This document shows, in pieces, positions 54,208-63,701 of a stretch of 64,000 bases of DNA. This DNA comes from Hyphomonadaceae bacterium. GTDB lineage: Bacteria > Pseudomonadota > Alphaproteobacteria > Caulobacterales > Aquidulcibacteraceae. The notes under the pieces are model-generated. The model did no database searches, was not told the origin of the DNA, and saw only the letters and a program-made list of their open reading frames with translations. Position numbers and translations under genes: made by a program. Numbering within the stretch: the stretch's first letter is position 1; each line of letters opens with the position of its first letter. The stretch spans positions 44,236-108,235 of the forward strand of contig JALHQO010000003.1 in NCBI GenBank assembly GCA_022841905.1, read 5' to 3'.

Positions 54208-55632
54208 ATGATTCCGATCACGGAATTCAAGAACCGCGACGTTGCCGTGTTCGGGCTTGCCCGCACTGGTCTCGCCGCCGCGCGCGCGCTCACCGCAGGC
54301 GGCGCCCGCGTGCATGCGTGGGATGATAACGATGCAACGCGCGCCTCCGCCGAAGCGGCCGGCGTGCCGGTGTCTGACATCAACAGCCGCGACTGGCGCA
54401 CGTTTGCAGCTTTGGTGCTCTCGCCCGGCGTGCCGCTGACTTTCCCCGAACCACACCGCGTCGTCACGCTCGCCGACGCTGTCGGCGTGCCGATCATGAG
54501 CGATATTGAGCTCTTCGCCCGCGCCGTGAACGCGCTGCCGGCGACGCAGCGTCCGAAGCTCATCGGCATCACCGGCACCAATGGCAAGTCGACGACCTCT
54601 GCGTTGATCGCGCACATCCTGAAGGAAGCCGGCAAGGATGTTCGTCTCGGCGGCAATATCGGCCACGCCATCCTCGAATTGGAGCCGCTGCACGCTGGCG
54701 CGTACTACGTGATCGAACTCAGCTCGTATCAGCTGGAGCTGACCGCAAGCCTACGGCTCGACGTCGCCGTGTGGCTGAACCTCACGCCCGATCACCTCGA
54801 TCGCCACGGCGACATGGCTGCTTACGGCGCCGCCAAGAAGCGCATCTTCCTCAATCAAGGCGCGGCCGACTGGGCCGTGATCGGCGTCGATGACGGCCAC
54901 TCCGCAGCGCTCTGCACAGAGCTGACGCGCGCCGCCGTGCAGCACGTGTCGCCCGTATCGTCAGGCCAAGCGTTGGGCCGCGGCGTCTGTGCACTCGGCG
55001 GCAAGCTTATCGATGCGCTGTCGGGGCGCTCCGAAGTGGTTGCCGATCTCACGCAAGCGCCCGCGCTCGCCGGCAAGCACAACGCGCAAAACGCCGCCGC
55101 CGCCTACGCAGCAACACGTGCGCTCGGCGTCGATCATCGCATCATCGCGCAAGCGCTCACCACGTTCGGCGGCCTGCCGCATCGCTTGGAGCGCGCCGGC
55201 ACCATCGAAGGCGTGCGCTTCGTTAATGACAGCAAGGCCACCAACGCCAACGCCGCCGCGCAAGCGCTGGCAGTGTACCCGCGCGTCTATTGGATCGCGG
55301 GCGGCGTCGCTAAGGAAGGCGGCATTGACGAGCTGGCGGAATTCTTTCCGCGCATGGCGAAAGCCTATCTCATCGGCCAGAGCGCAGGCGATTTCTCCGA
55401 TACGCTGCGCGGCAAGGTCGCCACCGTAATGGCCGGCAATCTCGAAGCGGCGGTGAAGCTCGCTTTTAACGATGCGCGCGCCTCCGGCGAGCCGCATCCG
55501 GTCGTGCTCTTGTCGCCCGCCTGTGCCTCGTTCGATCAATTCCGCTCGTACGAAGAGCGCGGCGATAAGTTTAAGGCCTATGTCGCAGCGCTCTCGGAAG
55601 CGCCGCCGAAGGCTAACGGAGCCAAGGCGTGA
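54208..55632 (+). CDS. murD: UDP-N-acetylmuramoylalanine--D-glutamate ligase
   Basis: 474 aa. P-loop ITGTNGKSTT. SD ggagg upstream. Confidence 0.95.
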   Translation: MIPITEFKNRDVAVFGLARTGLAAARALTAGGARVHAWDDNDATRASAEAAGVPVSDINSRDWRTFAALVLSPGVPLTFPEPHRVVTLADAVGVPIMSDIELFARAVNALPATQRPKLIGITGTNGKSTTSALIAHILKEAGKDVRLGGNIGHAILELEPLHAGAYYVIELSSYQLELTASLRLDVAVWLNLTPDHLDRHGDMAAYGAAKKRIFLNQGAADWAVIGVDDGHSAALCTELTRAAVQHVSPVSSGQALGRGVCALGGKLIDALSGRSEVVADLTQAPALAGKHNAQNAAAAYAATRALGVDHRIIAQALTTFGGLPHRLERAGTIEGVRFVNDSKATNANAAAQALAVYPRVYWIAGGVAKEGGIDELAEFFPRMAKAYLIGQSAGDFSDTLRGKVATVMAGNLEAAVKLAFNDARASGEPHPVVLLSPACASFDQFRSYEERGDKFKAYVAALSEAPPKANGAKA

Positions 55633-56771
55633 GCGCGGCCATCGCCGAGCGTTTTGGCGCGGCGTATGACAGGCTGCGCACCTACGATCGCCCGCTTCTG
55701 TTCATCGCCGCTGCACTGTTCGCGCTCGGCATCCTGTTTTCGATGGCGGCGTCGCCCGCCGCCACCGCGCGCATCCGCATCGAAGAAGCATTTTACTTCG
55801 CCGGCCGCCAAGCCGCTTACGCCGTGCTTGGCGTCATCGTGATGTTCGCCGCCGCGGCGCTTGATCCGCGCCAAGTGCGCCGCACCGCTACAATTCTTGT
55901 CGCGATCTTTCTCCCGCTCTGCGCGTTGGCGGCGTGGATCGGTCCGGAGGTGAAGGGCGCGCAGCGTTGGTTCGATTTTGGCATCGCCTCGCTGCAGCCG
56001 TCTGAGATCCTAAAGCCGGCGCTCATTGTGTTGTGGGCGTGGATGCTCGGCGAAAGCGTGCGCTCGCCGAAATTTCCCGGCCGTTGGATCGCGATCGGTC
56101 TCTATGGCCTCGCCGCCATCGCGCTCTTGATGCAGCCCGATATCGGCCAGACCGCGCTGCTCGCCATCTGCCTCGGGCCGATGCTCACTCTCTCCGGGCT
56201 CGCCTTGCGCTGGATGCTCGCGGGCGGCGCCGTCGCGGCGCTGAGCGCATGGGCGATCTACTCATTTTATCCTCACGCGCGCGAGCGCGTGGATGCGTTC
56301 CTCAATCCGGAAGGCGACGCCGCCTATCAAGTAAACCGCGCGCTCGACGCCATCGCCGCTGGCGGCGTGTTCGGGCGCGGACCGGGCGAGGGCGTGATCA
56401 AACGCTCGCTGCCGGACGCGCACGCCGATTTCGTGTTTGCCGTCGCGGCGGAAGAATTCGGCTTGCTGGCGTCGCTTGGCCTTATCGCGTTGTTCGGCGC
56501 GCTGGCGTTCCGGGGCCTCTCACGGGCCAGCCGTTTGAACGATCCGTTCGAACAAATCGCCGCAGCGGGCCTCATCACACTTCTCGTCGCCCAGGCTTCG
56601 ATCCATATCGCGGTGAACTTGAGTTTGCTGCCGGCTAAGGGCATGACCCTGCCGTTCATTTCGTTTGGCGGTTCCTCGATGATCGGCTCTGCGCTGGCTT
56701 TGGGGTTCTGCCTGTCTCTTCTCCGCGATCGGCCTGGCGCCTTCTTGTTTGCCGGCCGCGCACGCACATGA
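55629..56771 (+). CDS. ftsW: SEDS-family peptidoglycan glycosyltransferase FtsW
   Basis: 380 aa, about 10 TM. QPSEILKP and DFVFAVAAEEFG motifs. GTGA overlap with murD. Confidence 0.93.
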   Translation: MSAAIAERFGAAYDRLRTYDRPLLFIAAALFALGILFSMAASPAATARIRIEEAFYFAGRQAAYAVLGVIVMFAAAALDPRQVRRTATILVAIFLPLCALAAWIGPEVKGAQRWFDFGIASLQPSEILKPALIVLWAWMLGESVRSPKFPGRWIAIGLYGLAAIALLMQPDIGQTALLAICLGPMLTLSGLALRWMLAGGAVAALSAWAIYSFYPHARERVDAFLNPEGDAAYQVNRALDAIAAGGVFGRGPGEGVIKRSLPDAHADFVFAVAAEEFGLLASLGLIALFGALAFRGLSRASRLNDPFEQIAAAGLITLLVAQASIHIAVNLSLLPAKGMTLPFISFGGSSMIGSALALGFCLSLLRDRPGAFLFAGRART

Positions 56772-56778
56772 TGGAACA

Positions 56779-57870
56779 ATGACCAAGAAAGTCGTTGTCA
56801 TTGCTGCAGGCGGAACCGGCGGGCATTTGTTCCCGGCCGCCGCGTTCGCCGAAGAAATGTTCCGCCGCAACTGGCGCGTCATCCTGATGACGGACGCGCG
56901 CGGCCGCCGTTACGCCGAGGGCTTTCCGGCCGAACGCATCGAAGACGTGCCCGCCGCATCGCTCTCCGCCAACCCGTTCACCGCCGTGCCAGCTCTGTTC
57001 AAAATTTGGCGCGGCGTCAACGAAGCTAAGCGCCGCTTCACCGAACTGCCGCCTGCGCTCGTCGCCGGCTTTGGCGGCTACCCGTCGTTCCCGGCTTTGA
57101 TGGCGGCGCGCGCGCACAAAGTGCCGATCCTCATCCACGAACAAAATTCCGTGCTCGGCCGCGTCAACCGCACCATGGCGACGAGCGCCTCCATCGTTGC
57201 CTGCGGCTTCGAGCGTCTCGATCGCCTTCCGGCCAAAGTCGCCGACCGCAAGCGCGTCGTCGGCAATCCGGTGCGTTCGCCGATCCTTGCCGTGCGCGAG
57301 CGACCCTATCCGGAGGCGCCAGCGGGCGGTCGCCTCAACCTGCTTATCATTGGCGGCAGCCAAGGCGCGCGCGTGTTCGGCGAGGTGATCCCAGCCGCCA
57401 TCGCCAGCTTGCCGCAAGCTTTGCGTCAACGGCTCGACGTGGTTCACCAAGTCCGCGCCGAGCAGGTGGACACGGCGAAGAAGGCCTACGCCAAAGCCAA
57501 GGTGAACGCCGAAGTCGCGCCGTTCTTCACCGACATGGGTCAGCGCCTGGGCGCCTGCCATCTGGTGATCTCCCGCGCTGGCGCTTCATCGGTCACCGAA
57601 CTCCAGGTCGCCGGGCGCCCCGCTATCTTGATCCCATTCGCCGCCGCTGCTGACGACCACCAGACCGCCAACGCCGAGGGCCTCACCGCCGTCGGCGCGG
57701 CGGACGTCTTTACCGAGCAGGAGTTCGAGCCGGCTGCCTTGGCGGGTCTGCTCGAGCGCCGTCTCGCCGACCCGCACGGGCTGGCCGTCCGCGCCGCCGC
57801 CGCCCGCGCCGCCGCTAAGCCGGAAGCGGCCAAATCCCTGGCTGATTTGGCCGAAAGCGTCGCCCGCTAA
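56779..57870 (+). CDS. murG: undecaprenyldiphospho-muramoylpentapeptide beta-N-acetylglucosaminyltransferase
   Basis: 363 aa from MTKKVVVIAAGGTGGHLFPA (G-loop). C-terminal RAGASSVTEL and HQTANA motifs. Confidence 0.95.
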   Translation: MTKKVVVIAAGGTGGHLFPAAAFAEEMFRRNWRVILMTDARGRRYAEGFPAERIEDVPAASLSANPFTAVPALFKIWRGVNEAKRRFTELPPALVAGFGGYPSFPALMAARAHKVPILIHEQNSVLGRVNRTMATSASIVACGFERLDRLPAKVADRKRVVGNPVRSPILAVRERPYPEAPAGGRLNLLIIGGSQGARVFGEVIPAAIASLPQALRQRLDVVHQVRAEQVDTAKKAYAKAKVNAEVAPFFTDMGQRLGACHLVISRAGASSVTELQVAGRPAILIPFAAAADDHQTANAEGLTAVGAADVFTEQEFEPAALAGLLERRLADPHGLAVRAAAARAAAKPEAAKSLADLAESVAR

Positions 57871-57941
57871 AATCTCGCATCGCCCCGCATCCAGGCCCGC
57901 CATTGGCGGCGATAGAGGATCAAACGCGCCTGGAGGGACCG

Positions 57942-58088
57942 ATGTCTGAAGAACTGTTTCGCGATTTCTGGTGGCTCATGTTCCCGATCTTCGGGATGGT
58001 GATGGCCGTGTTTGGCATGCTGCAGGAAAACCGGCGCATCGACGCCATTCATAACCGCGCCCGTCGCGAACTGGGGACCGACCAATGA
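57942..58088 (+). CDS. 48-aa single-TM protein, paralogous to the N-terminus of the next gene
   Basis: MSEELFRDFWWLMFPIFGMVMAVFGMLQENRR. SD GGAGGGA. ATGA overlap with the next ORF. Confidence 0.55.
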   Translation: MSEELFRDFWWLMFPIFGMVMAVFGMLQENRRIDAIHNRARRELGTDQ

Positions 58089-58489
58089 GCTTCGCTCAAT
58101 TCTTCGCCGCCTATTGGTGGCTGATGTTTCCGGTATTCGGGATGTTGATGGCGTTTGTGGGCATGTTCCAGACCGAGCGACGCAGCAACCAGACCATGGA
58201 TTTGATCAAGTCGTACGTCGATCAAGGCAAAGACCCGCCGCCGGAGCTGTTGAAGCTAGTCGCGCAGCAGAGCGACTGGGACATGGATATGTCCGGCGTG
58301 GGCGGCGGTTCGAAGAGCAACAGGGCCTGGACCTTTGTGGTTTTCCTCGCGCTCGCGGCGGGCTTCGGCACCGGGTACTATTTCATGCGCGCCGAGAGTT
58401 GGTCGTTCGCCTTCCTGATCGTCGCTGTGACGATGGGTGTTATGGCGGTCGGTGCGCTGCTGCTGCTGATCTTCGGCCGCAAGAGCTAG
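58085..58489 (+). CDS. 134-aa three-TM membrane protein (unknown family)
   Basis: N-terminal TM YWWLMFPVFGMLMAFVGMFQTERR shares the WWLMFP.FGM.MA..GM.Q..RR block with the preceding ORF. Soluble linker, then two C-terminal TM helices. Confidence 0.6.
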   Translation: MSFAQFFAAYWWLMFPVFGMLMAFVGMFQTERRSNQTMDLIKSYVDQGKDPPPELLKLVAQQSDWDMDMSGVGGGSKSNRAWTFVVFLALAAGFGTGYYFMRAESWSFAFLIVAVTMGVMAVGALLLLIFGRKS

Positions 58490-58493
58490 CGCT

Positions 58494-59039
58494 ATGGACG
58501 CCGCCGAGGAGGCGCGCCTCGTGCGAGCTGCCCGCGCCGGCGACATGGCCGCCTTCGGCCGCATCGTCGACGCAAACCAGCCCGCCGTCCGCGCTTTCCT
58601 GCGCCGTCTTGTCGGCTCCCACGCCGATGCTGACGATCTTGCGCAGGAAGCCTTCACTCGAACCTGGGAAGTGCTCGACCGTTTCGACGGCTCTTCGCGG
58701 CTGCGCACCTTCATCTGCGGCGTCGCTTTTCAGTATTGTCGCCGCGCGCGCCGCGCTCAGGGTCGGCGCATGGCTCGCGATGACGCCTATGCGCAACTGG
58801 AAGACAGCGAAACCGATGGTGATCCCCGCATGGCGCAGAAACTGGCTCTCCGGCGCGCCATGGAAGAACTCCCTGCCGATCAGCGCGCGGCGCTGGCATT
58901 GTGTTTGGGGCAGGACTTTACGCATGCCGAAGCGGCGGACATCTTGAAACTGCCGCTGGGTACGGTGAAATCTCATGTGACGCGCGGGCGTGCGCGTTTG
59001 CAGGCCGCGTTGGGCGCGCCTGCGGAGGCTGGACAATGA
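58494..59039 (+). CDS. ECF RNA polymerase sigma factor embedded in the dcw cluster
   Basis: 181 aa. Region 2 (ADDLAQEAFTRTWEVLDRF ... LRTFICGVAFQYCRRARR) and region 4 (PADQRAALALCLGQDFTHAEAADILKLPLGTVKSHVTRGR). Confidence 0.85.
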   Translation: MDAAEEARLVRAARAGDMAAFGRIVDANQPAVRAFLRRLVGSHADADDLAQEAFTRTWEVLDRFDGSSRLRTFICGVAFQYCRRARRAQGRRMARDDAYAQLEDSETDGDPRMAQKLALRRAMEELPADQRAALALCLGQDFTHAEAADILKLPLGTVKSHVTRGRARLQAALGAPAEAGQ

Positions 59040-59371
59040 GCGACCGTGACGACGATCTCCTAATGGCCGATCTCTTGGGCGAAGCGCCTGCGACGCCTGA
59101 TCCCGGTTTCCGCTATGACGTGCTCGCGCATGTCTCGCTGTTGGCGCGCCGCCGCCGGGCGATGAGCCGGGCGCTCAACCAAGTGGCGCTGTTCAGCGCC
59201 ATCGGTCTCGTGTTCCCGATCCTCAACGCCTTCGGCGTCACCTGGGAGAACGCAGCGCCCATCGGCCTTGCCGCAGGTTTGCTGGCGCTCGGCCTGATCG
59301 CAGCCAGCATCTCCATCCTCGGCCCCCGCGCAGCACTCGCCCGCTCGCGCGCAATCCTGACGCGCGCGTAA
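59036..59371 (+). CDS. putative membrane anti-sigma factor (non-ZAS)
   Basis: 111 aa from MSDRDDDLLMADLLGE. ATGA coupling to the ECF gene. Two TM helices. No HxxxCxxC motif. Role inferred from position. Confidence 0.45.
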   Translation: MSDRDDDLLMADLLGEAPATPDPGFRYDVLAHVSLLARRRRAMSRALNQVALFSAIGLVFPILNAFGVTWENAAPIGLAAGLLALGLIAASISILGPRAALARSRAILTRA

Positions 59372-59432
59372 AGCGCCTTTCAGCCGACGCGAAGCCCGGT
59401 CATAATGGCGCTCGTTTCATTTCGGGGACTCC

Positions 59433-60848
59433 ATGATCCGTCGCGCCATTCCGTTCGACACCGGGCCTATCCATTTCGTCGGCATCGGCGGCATTGGCAT
59501 GTCCGGCATCGCTGCGGTGATGAAGAACCTCGGCTATGACGTCACCGGCTCGGACGCCAAGGAAGGCGCCAATATCGAGCGGCTGCGCGAGTGCGGCATC
59601 ACCATCTCGATCGGGCACAAGGCCGAGAACGCCGCGCATGCCGGCGTGGTCGTGATTTCGTCCGCCATCAAGGACGGCAATCCTGAAGTCGATACCGCCC
59701 GCGCCCGCGGCGTGCCGATCGTGCGCCGCGCCGAGATGTTGGCGGAGATCATGCGCTTGAAGTGGAACGTCGCTGTCGGCGGCACGCACGGCAAGACGAC
59801 GACGACTTCGATGATCGCCGCTTTGCTGGACGCCGGCCACAAAGATCCCACCGTCATCAATGGCGGCATCATCAACGCCTACGGCGCCAATTCGCGCATG
59901 GGCGAGGGCGAGTGGATGGTGGTCGAGGCCGATGAGAGCGACGGCACCTTCACGCGTTTGCGCGCCACCGCCGTCGTCGTCACCAACATGGATCCCGAGC
60001 ACCTCGATCATTACGGCACCGCCGAAGCGATGAACGAGGCCTACAAAACCTTCGTCGAGAACATCCCGTTCTACGGTTTCGCCGTGATGTGCCTCGATCA
60101 CCCGCAAGTGCAGGCGCTGGCCGCACTCGTGCGCGATCGCCGCATCATCTCCTATGGCTTCAACCCGCAAGCCGATGTTTGCGCCGTCAATGTGCGCCCC
60201 TCACGCGATGGCTCGACGTTCGATGTCGTCGCGCGCAAGAAGGGAGAAGGCCCTGGCGTCACCATGCATGACCTCTTCTTGCCCGTGGCCGGTCGCCACA
60301 ACGTGCAGAACGCGGTCGCCGCCATCGCCGTGGCGCGCGAACTGGGGGTCACTGACGCCGGGATCCGTACGGGCCTGAAGAAGTTTGCTGGCGTGAAGCG
60401 GCGCTTCACCACCACCGGCTATTGGAACGAAGTCCGCATCGTCGACGATTACGGCCACCACCCGGTGGAGATCGCCGCCGTGCTTTCCGCCGCGCGCGAG
60501 ATGACGGAGGGCCGCGTCATCGCCGTCGTGCAGCCGCACCGCTACACACGCCTGCGCGATCTGTTCCAGGAATTTTCCACCTGCTTCAACGACGCTGACA
60601 TTGTCGCCGTCGCCGATGTCTATACAGCGGGCGAAGCGCCGATCACCGATGTGAACTCGGACGCGCTTGTCATCAGCCTGAAGAGCCACGGCCACCGTGA
60701 CGCGCGCCGCATCGCCAATCTGGACTCGCTGCCGGGTTTGGTCCGTGCCGAAGCCAAGCCTGGCGACATCGTCGTATGCCTGGGTGCTGGCGACATCACC
60801 GCCTACGCTAACGCGTTGCCAGCGAAACTCGCCGCGGCCGCCGCGTGA
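59433..60848 (+). CDS. murC: UDP-N-acetylmuramate--L-alanine ligase
   Basis: 471 aa. [13 protein letters not shown] Rossmann motif and P-loop [12 protein letters not shown]. Confidence 0.96.
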   Translation: MIRRAIPFDTGPIHFVGIGGIGMSGIAAVMKNLGYDVTGSDAKEGANIERLRECGITISIGHKAENAAHAGVVVISSAIKDGNPEVDTARARGVPIVRRAEMLAEIMRLKWNVAVGGTHGKTTTTSMIAALLDAGHKDPTVINGGIINAYGANSRMGEGEWMVVEADESDGTFTRLRATAVVVTNMDPEHLDHYGTAEAMNEAYKTFVENIPFYGFAVMCLDHPQVQALAALVRDRRIISYGFNPQADVCAVNVRPSRDGSTFDVVARKKGEGPGVTMHDLFLPVAGRHNVQNAVAAIAVARELGVTDAGIRTGLKKFAGVKRRFTTTGYWNEVRIVDDYGHHPVEIAAVLSAAREMTEGRVIAVVQPHRYTRLRDLFQEFSTCFNDADIVAVADVYTAGEAPITDVNSDALVISLKSHGHRDARRIANLDSLPGLVRAEAKPGDIVVCLGAGDITAYANALPAKLAAAAA

Positions 60849-62608
60849 TCACTGACTCCGCGCCGATGAGCCCGGCGATCCTCAGCACCATTGTGCTGGG
60901 CATCACGCTTGCCTTGTTCGCCTCAGGCAAAGTGCGTCACGACCTCGTGGCGCTGTTGGCGCTGGCCGCGTGCTTGCTGCTGGGATTGGTGACGCCGGAC
61001 AATGCGTTCGCGGGCTTTGCCGATCAGTCGGTGATCGTCATTGCGGCTGTGCTTGTTCTCGGTCGCGCTATCGAAATCACCGGCGTGGCCGAGGCGGTTA
61101 CGGACCGGCTGGCGACGCTTAAGTCGCCGTTTCCAATCCAGTTGGCGATCATTCTCGTCGCGGGCGCCTTTTTGTCGGCGTTCATGAACAACATCGCAGC
61201 GCTTGCGATCACCATGCCGGCTGTGGTCGGCGTCTGCCGCGCGCACAATCTGCCGCCGAGCGCAGGATTAATGGCGCTGTCGTTCGCCACCATTCTCGGC
61301 GGCATGACGACATTGATCGGCACGCCTGCCAACTTGATCCTGTCTTCGGTGCGCGAAGCGGAACTCGGCGCGCCGTTCGCCTTCTTCCAAATGACGCCGG
61401 TCGCGGCCGCGGTGGCAGCCGCAGGTGTCGGGTATATCTGCCTGATCGGCTGGTGGCTGACGCCGCGCCGTGACTCCGGCGAGGACGTCCCGAAAGACGC
61501 GTACGTCGTCTTCGAACTCGGCCCGATCTCGACGGCCGAACTTGAAGAGGAAGATGACGCCGGACTGACCGAGGCGTTAAAGGCGGCGAAGGTAACCCCG
61601 CTTGCGGTGCTGCGGGGGGTGCGCGTGCTCGATCTCGCGACTGCGCGGCCGCTGCAGGCGCGCGACCGGCTCTTGGTCGGCGGCGCTGTCGATCCGTGGG
61701 AGGCGGCCAAGAAGCTCGGCCTCACCATGCATGCGCAGCGCTCCGAAGCGGAGGATGCGGTGACGATCGTCGCGGTGATCGGTAATGGCTCGCCGCTTGT
61801 CGGCCGCCCGATCGACACCGTGCGCTGGGATACCAACGGCGAACTGACGGTGATCGCCGCCGGACGGCGCGCTGCAGAGTTGCGCCAGCCCCTGTCGCGT
61901 CTGCGCATCGAAGCGGGCGACCAGATCACAATCCACGGCTCGGCTGAACAGATTGCGATCTATTCTCGCTACGCGCGCCTGCTCGAAGTGGCGCGACGCG
62001 CGACGACGCGCATCAATCCCGTGCGCGCCGCGACGGCGATTGGCATTTACGTCGTCGCCGTTGCGACATCGGTCGCGCTTGGCGTCCCGACTGCGTTTTC
62101 GTTCGCGGCGGGTGCGGCGGTTGTGGCGGCGCTGCGCTTTTTGCCGCCGCGGGAAATCTACTCCTCGATCGACTGGTCAGTGATCGTGCTGATCGGCGCC
62201 ATGATCCCGGTGGGGCAGAGTTTTCAGACCAGCGGCGCCGCCTCCTTGTTTGCTGGCGAATTGTCGAGTGCGTTGATGGACGCGCCGCTTTTTTGGGCCG
62301 CTTCCGCTGTGGTCACGGCGACGATGCTGCTCTCGATTTTCCTGAACAATGTCGCGACCGCCATCATCATGGGCCAGATCGCGATTTCGGTGGCGCAGGC
62401 CATTGGCGTGTCGCCCGATGCGCTTTTGATCGCCGTGCTGATCGGCGCGTCGTCGGATTTCTTGACGCCCATTGGGCACCAGAACAATTTGCTGGTCATG
62501 GGCCCAGGCGGCTATCGCTTCCTCGATTATGGCCGCGTCGGCGCGCCACTGGCGGTGCTTGTGATTTTCGTGTCGGCGAAAATGATTGAACTGGGCTTTG
62601 CGGGCTGA
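60845..62608 (+). CDS. SLC13/DASS-family permease with central TrkA-C domains
   Basis: 587 aa. Two polytopic halves ([15 protein letters not shown] / [14 protein letters not shown] hairpin motifs) flank about 200 aa of soluble TrkA-C-like sequence. GTG start overlaps the murC stop. Alternative ATG at 60866. Confidence 0.8.
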   Translation: MITDSAPMSPAILSTIVLGITLALFASGKVRHDLVALLALAACLLLGLVTPDNAFAGFADQSVIVIAAVLVLGRAIEITGVAEAVTDRLATLKSPFPIQLAIILVAGAFLSAFMNNIAALAITMPAVVGVCRAHNLPPSAGLMALSFATILGGMTTLIGTPANLILSSVREAELGAPFAFFQMTPVAAAVAAAGVGYICLIGWWLTPRRDSGEDVPKDAYVVFELGPISTAELEEEDDAGLTEALKAAKVTPLAVLRGVRVLDLATARPLQARDRLLVGGAVDPWEAAKKLGLTMHAQRSEAEDAVTIVAVIGNGSPLVGRPIDTVRWDTNGELTVIAAGRRAAELRQPLSRLRIEAGDQITIHGSAEQIAIYSRYARLLEVARRATTRINPVRAATAIGIYVVAVATSVALGVPTAFSFAAGAAVVAALRFLPPREIYSSIDWSVIVLIGAMIPVGQSFQTSGAASLFAGELSSALMDAPLFWAASAVVTATMLLSIFLNNVATAIIMGQIAISVAQAIGVSPDALLIAVLIGASSDFLTPIGHQNNLLVMGPGGYRFLDYGRVGAPLAVLVIFVSAKMIELGFAG

Positions 62609-62665
62609 CGCGCATCGTGCAGCTGAACGATTGACCCGCGTCGCAACTTGGTGAGGGATGCTGGC

Positions 62666-63151
62666 ATGACCTCAATCAAGTTCTCGCTTCTCGGCGCCGT
62701 CGCACTCACATTGGCATTGGCCGCCTGCGCCACACCCGCGCCGTCACCTGCCAGCATCACCCGCGTCGTCTCCACGACATCGTTCGGCATGTGCGTCGGC
62801 TATTGCACGACGCGGCTTGAGATCGCTGAAGGGCAAGCCGTGCTGATCCGCGAAGCCCGCGGGGGCCGTGGCGCGCCGAGCCCCGCGCCGCCGGCGCAGC
62901 GATTTTCGGCCACGCTGACTGCCAGTGAGTGGGCTGAAATCCAGCGGCTAGCAGCGCAAGCTGATCTGACCGCTGTGCCTGATGTCGTCGGCTGCCCCGA
63001 TTGCGCCGATGGCGGAGCAGAGGGGCTGACGATCGAGACGCCGGCAGGCGCTGAGAGCGTGTCGCTCGAATTGGGCGCTGATCTGGCGCATGCGCAGGCG
63101 CTTTTGGAACGCGTGCGCGCGCTACGCGAGCGACTGACGCCGCAGCAATAG
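62666..63151 (+). CDS. hypothetical lipoprotein
   Basis: 161 aa. Lipobox LTLALAAC. Cys pairs (CVGYC, CPDC). Confidence 0.45.
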   Translation: MTSIKFSLLGAVALTLALAACATPAPSPASITRVVSTTSFGMCVGYCTTRLEIAEGQAVLIREARGGRGAPSPAPPAQRFSATLTASEWAEIQRLAAQADLTAVPDVVGCPDCADGGAEGLTIETPAGAESVSLELGADLAHAQALLERVRALRERLTPQQ

Positions 63152-63164
63152 CGCGCGCAGCCGT

Positions 63165-63539
63165 CTAATCTTTCAGGCTTGCCGGTACGTTGCCGCCGTT
63201 TTCGGCGAGCTTGCGCCACACCGCGCGCGACAGTGCAATGTTCTGCTCAGCGCTGCCGTGCGCGCCTGCATTGACGTTGAGTTCGGTGGCGAGTTCTTTG
63301 CGCGCGTCCAGGCTGGAGTCGATGTCCAACAGCTTGAGCAGATCGACGATTGAGGTCCGCCAGTTGCCGCCGCCGCCCTTCGCCGCCGCTTTCTGTTCGA
63401 GCACCGCTTCCACGTCGACTTGCGCGCGCCCGTTTGCAGGCGCTTGGCCGTCGCGTTGCTGTTCGTGGCGTTCATTGTGTTCGCGGCGCTCATCTGCGGA
63501 CACGGTGATGCGGTCCCAGATTTCACTAAAAATGCCCAT
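63165..63539 (-). CDS. DUF3597-family protein
   Basis: 124 aa from MGIFSEIWDRI. C-terminal block WRTSIVDLLKLLDIDSSLDARKELATELN is typical of DUF3597. Confidence 0.6.
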   Translation of the reverse strand: MGIFSEIWDRITVSADERREHNERHEQQRDGQAPANGRAQVDVEAVLEQKAAAKGGGGNWRTSIVDLLKLLDIDSSLDARKELATELNVNAGAHGSAEQNIALSRAVWRKLAENGGNVPASLKD

Positions 63540-63701
63540 AGTCTTGAATCCCAACGCTTAGCGCGTGTGCAGGTCCAACCGGGCCGGGGTGTGAATGTTC
63601 CTCCATCGCTCCCGCCGCGCGGTTGGCTTCGACGCCTAGGGTCGCGTCGAATTAGCTTCGAAACGATTGACCCAAGCCCCGACTCCCCACAGCCCAGTCC
63701 C

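Noticed and set aside
53271-54671. 466-aa minus-strand ORF
   Set aside because: It is antisense to mraY and murD. Shadow ORF.
59400-60170. 256-aa minus-strand ORF
   Set aside because: It is antisense to murC.
61024-61929. 301-aa minus-strand ORF
   Set aside because: It is antisense to the SLC13 permease. Ser/Ala/Arg-rich with no TM or domain logic.
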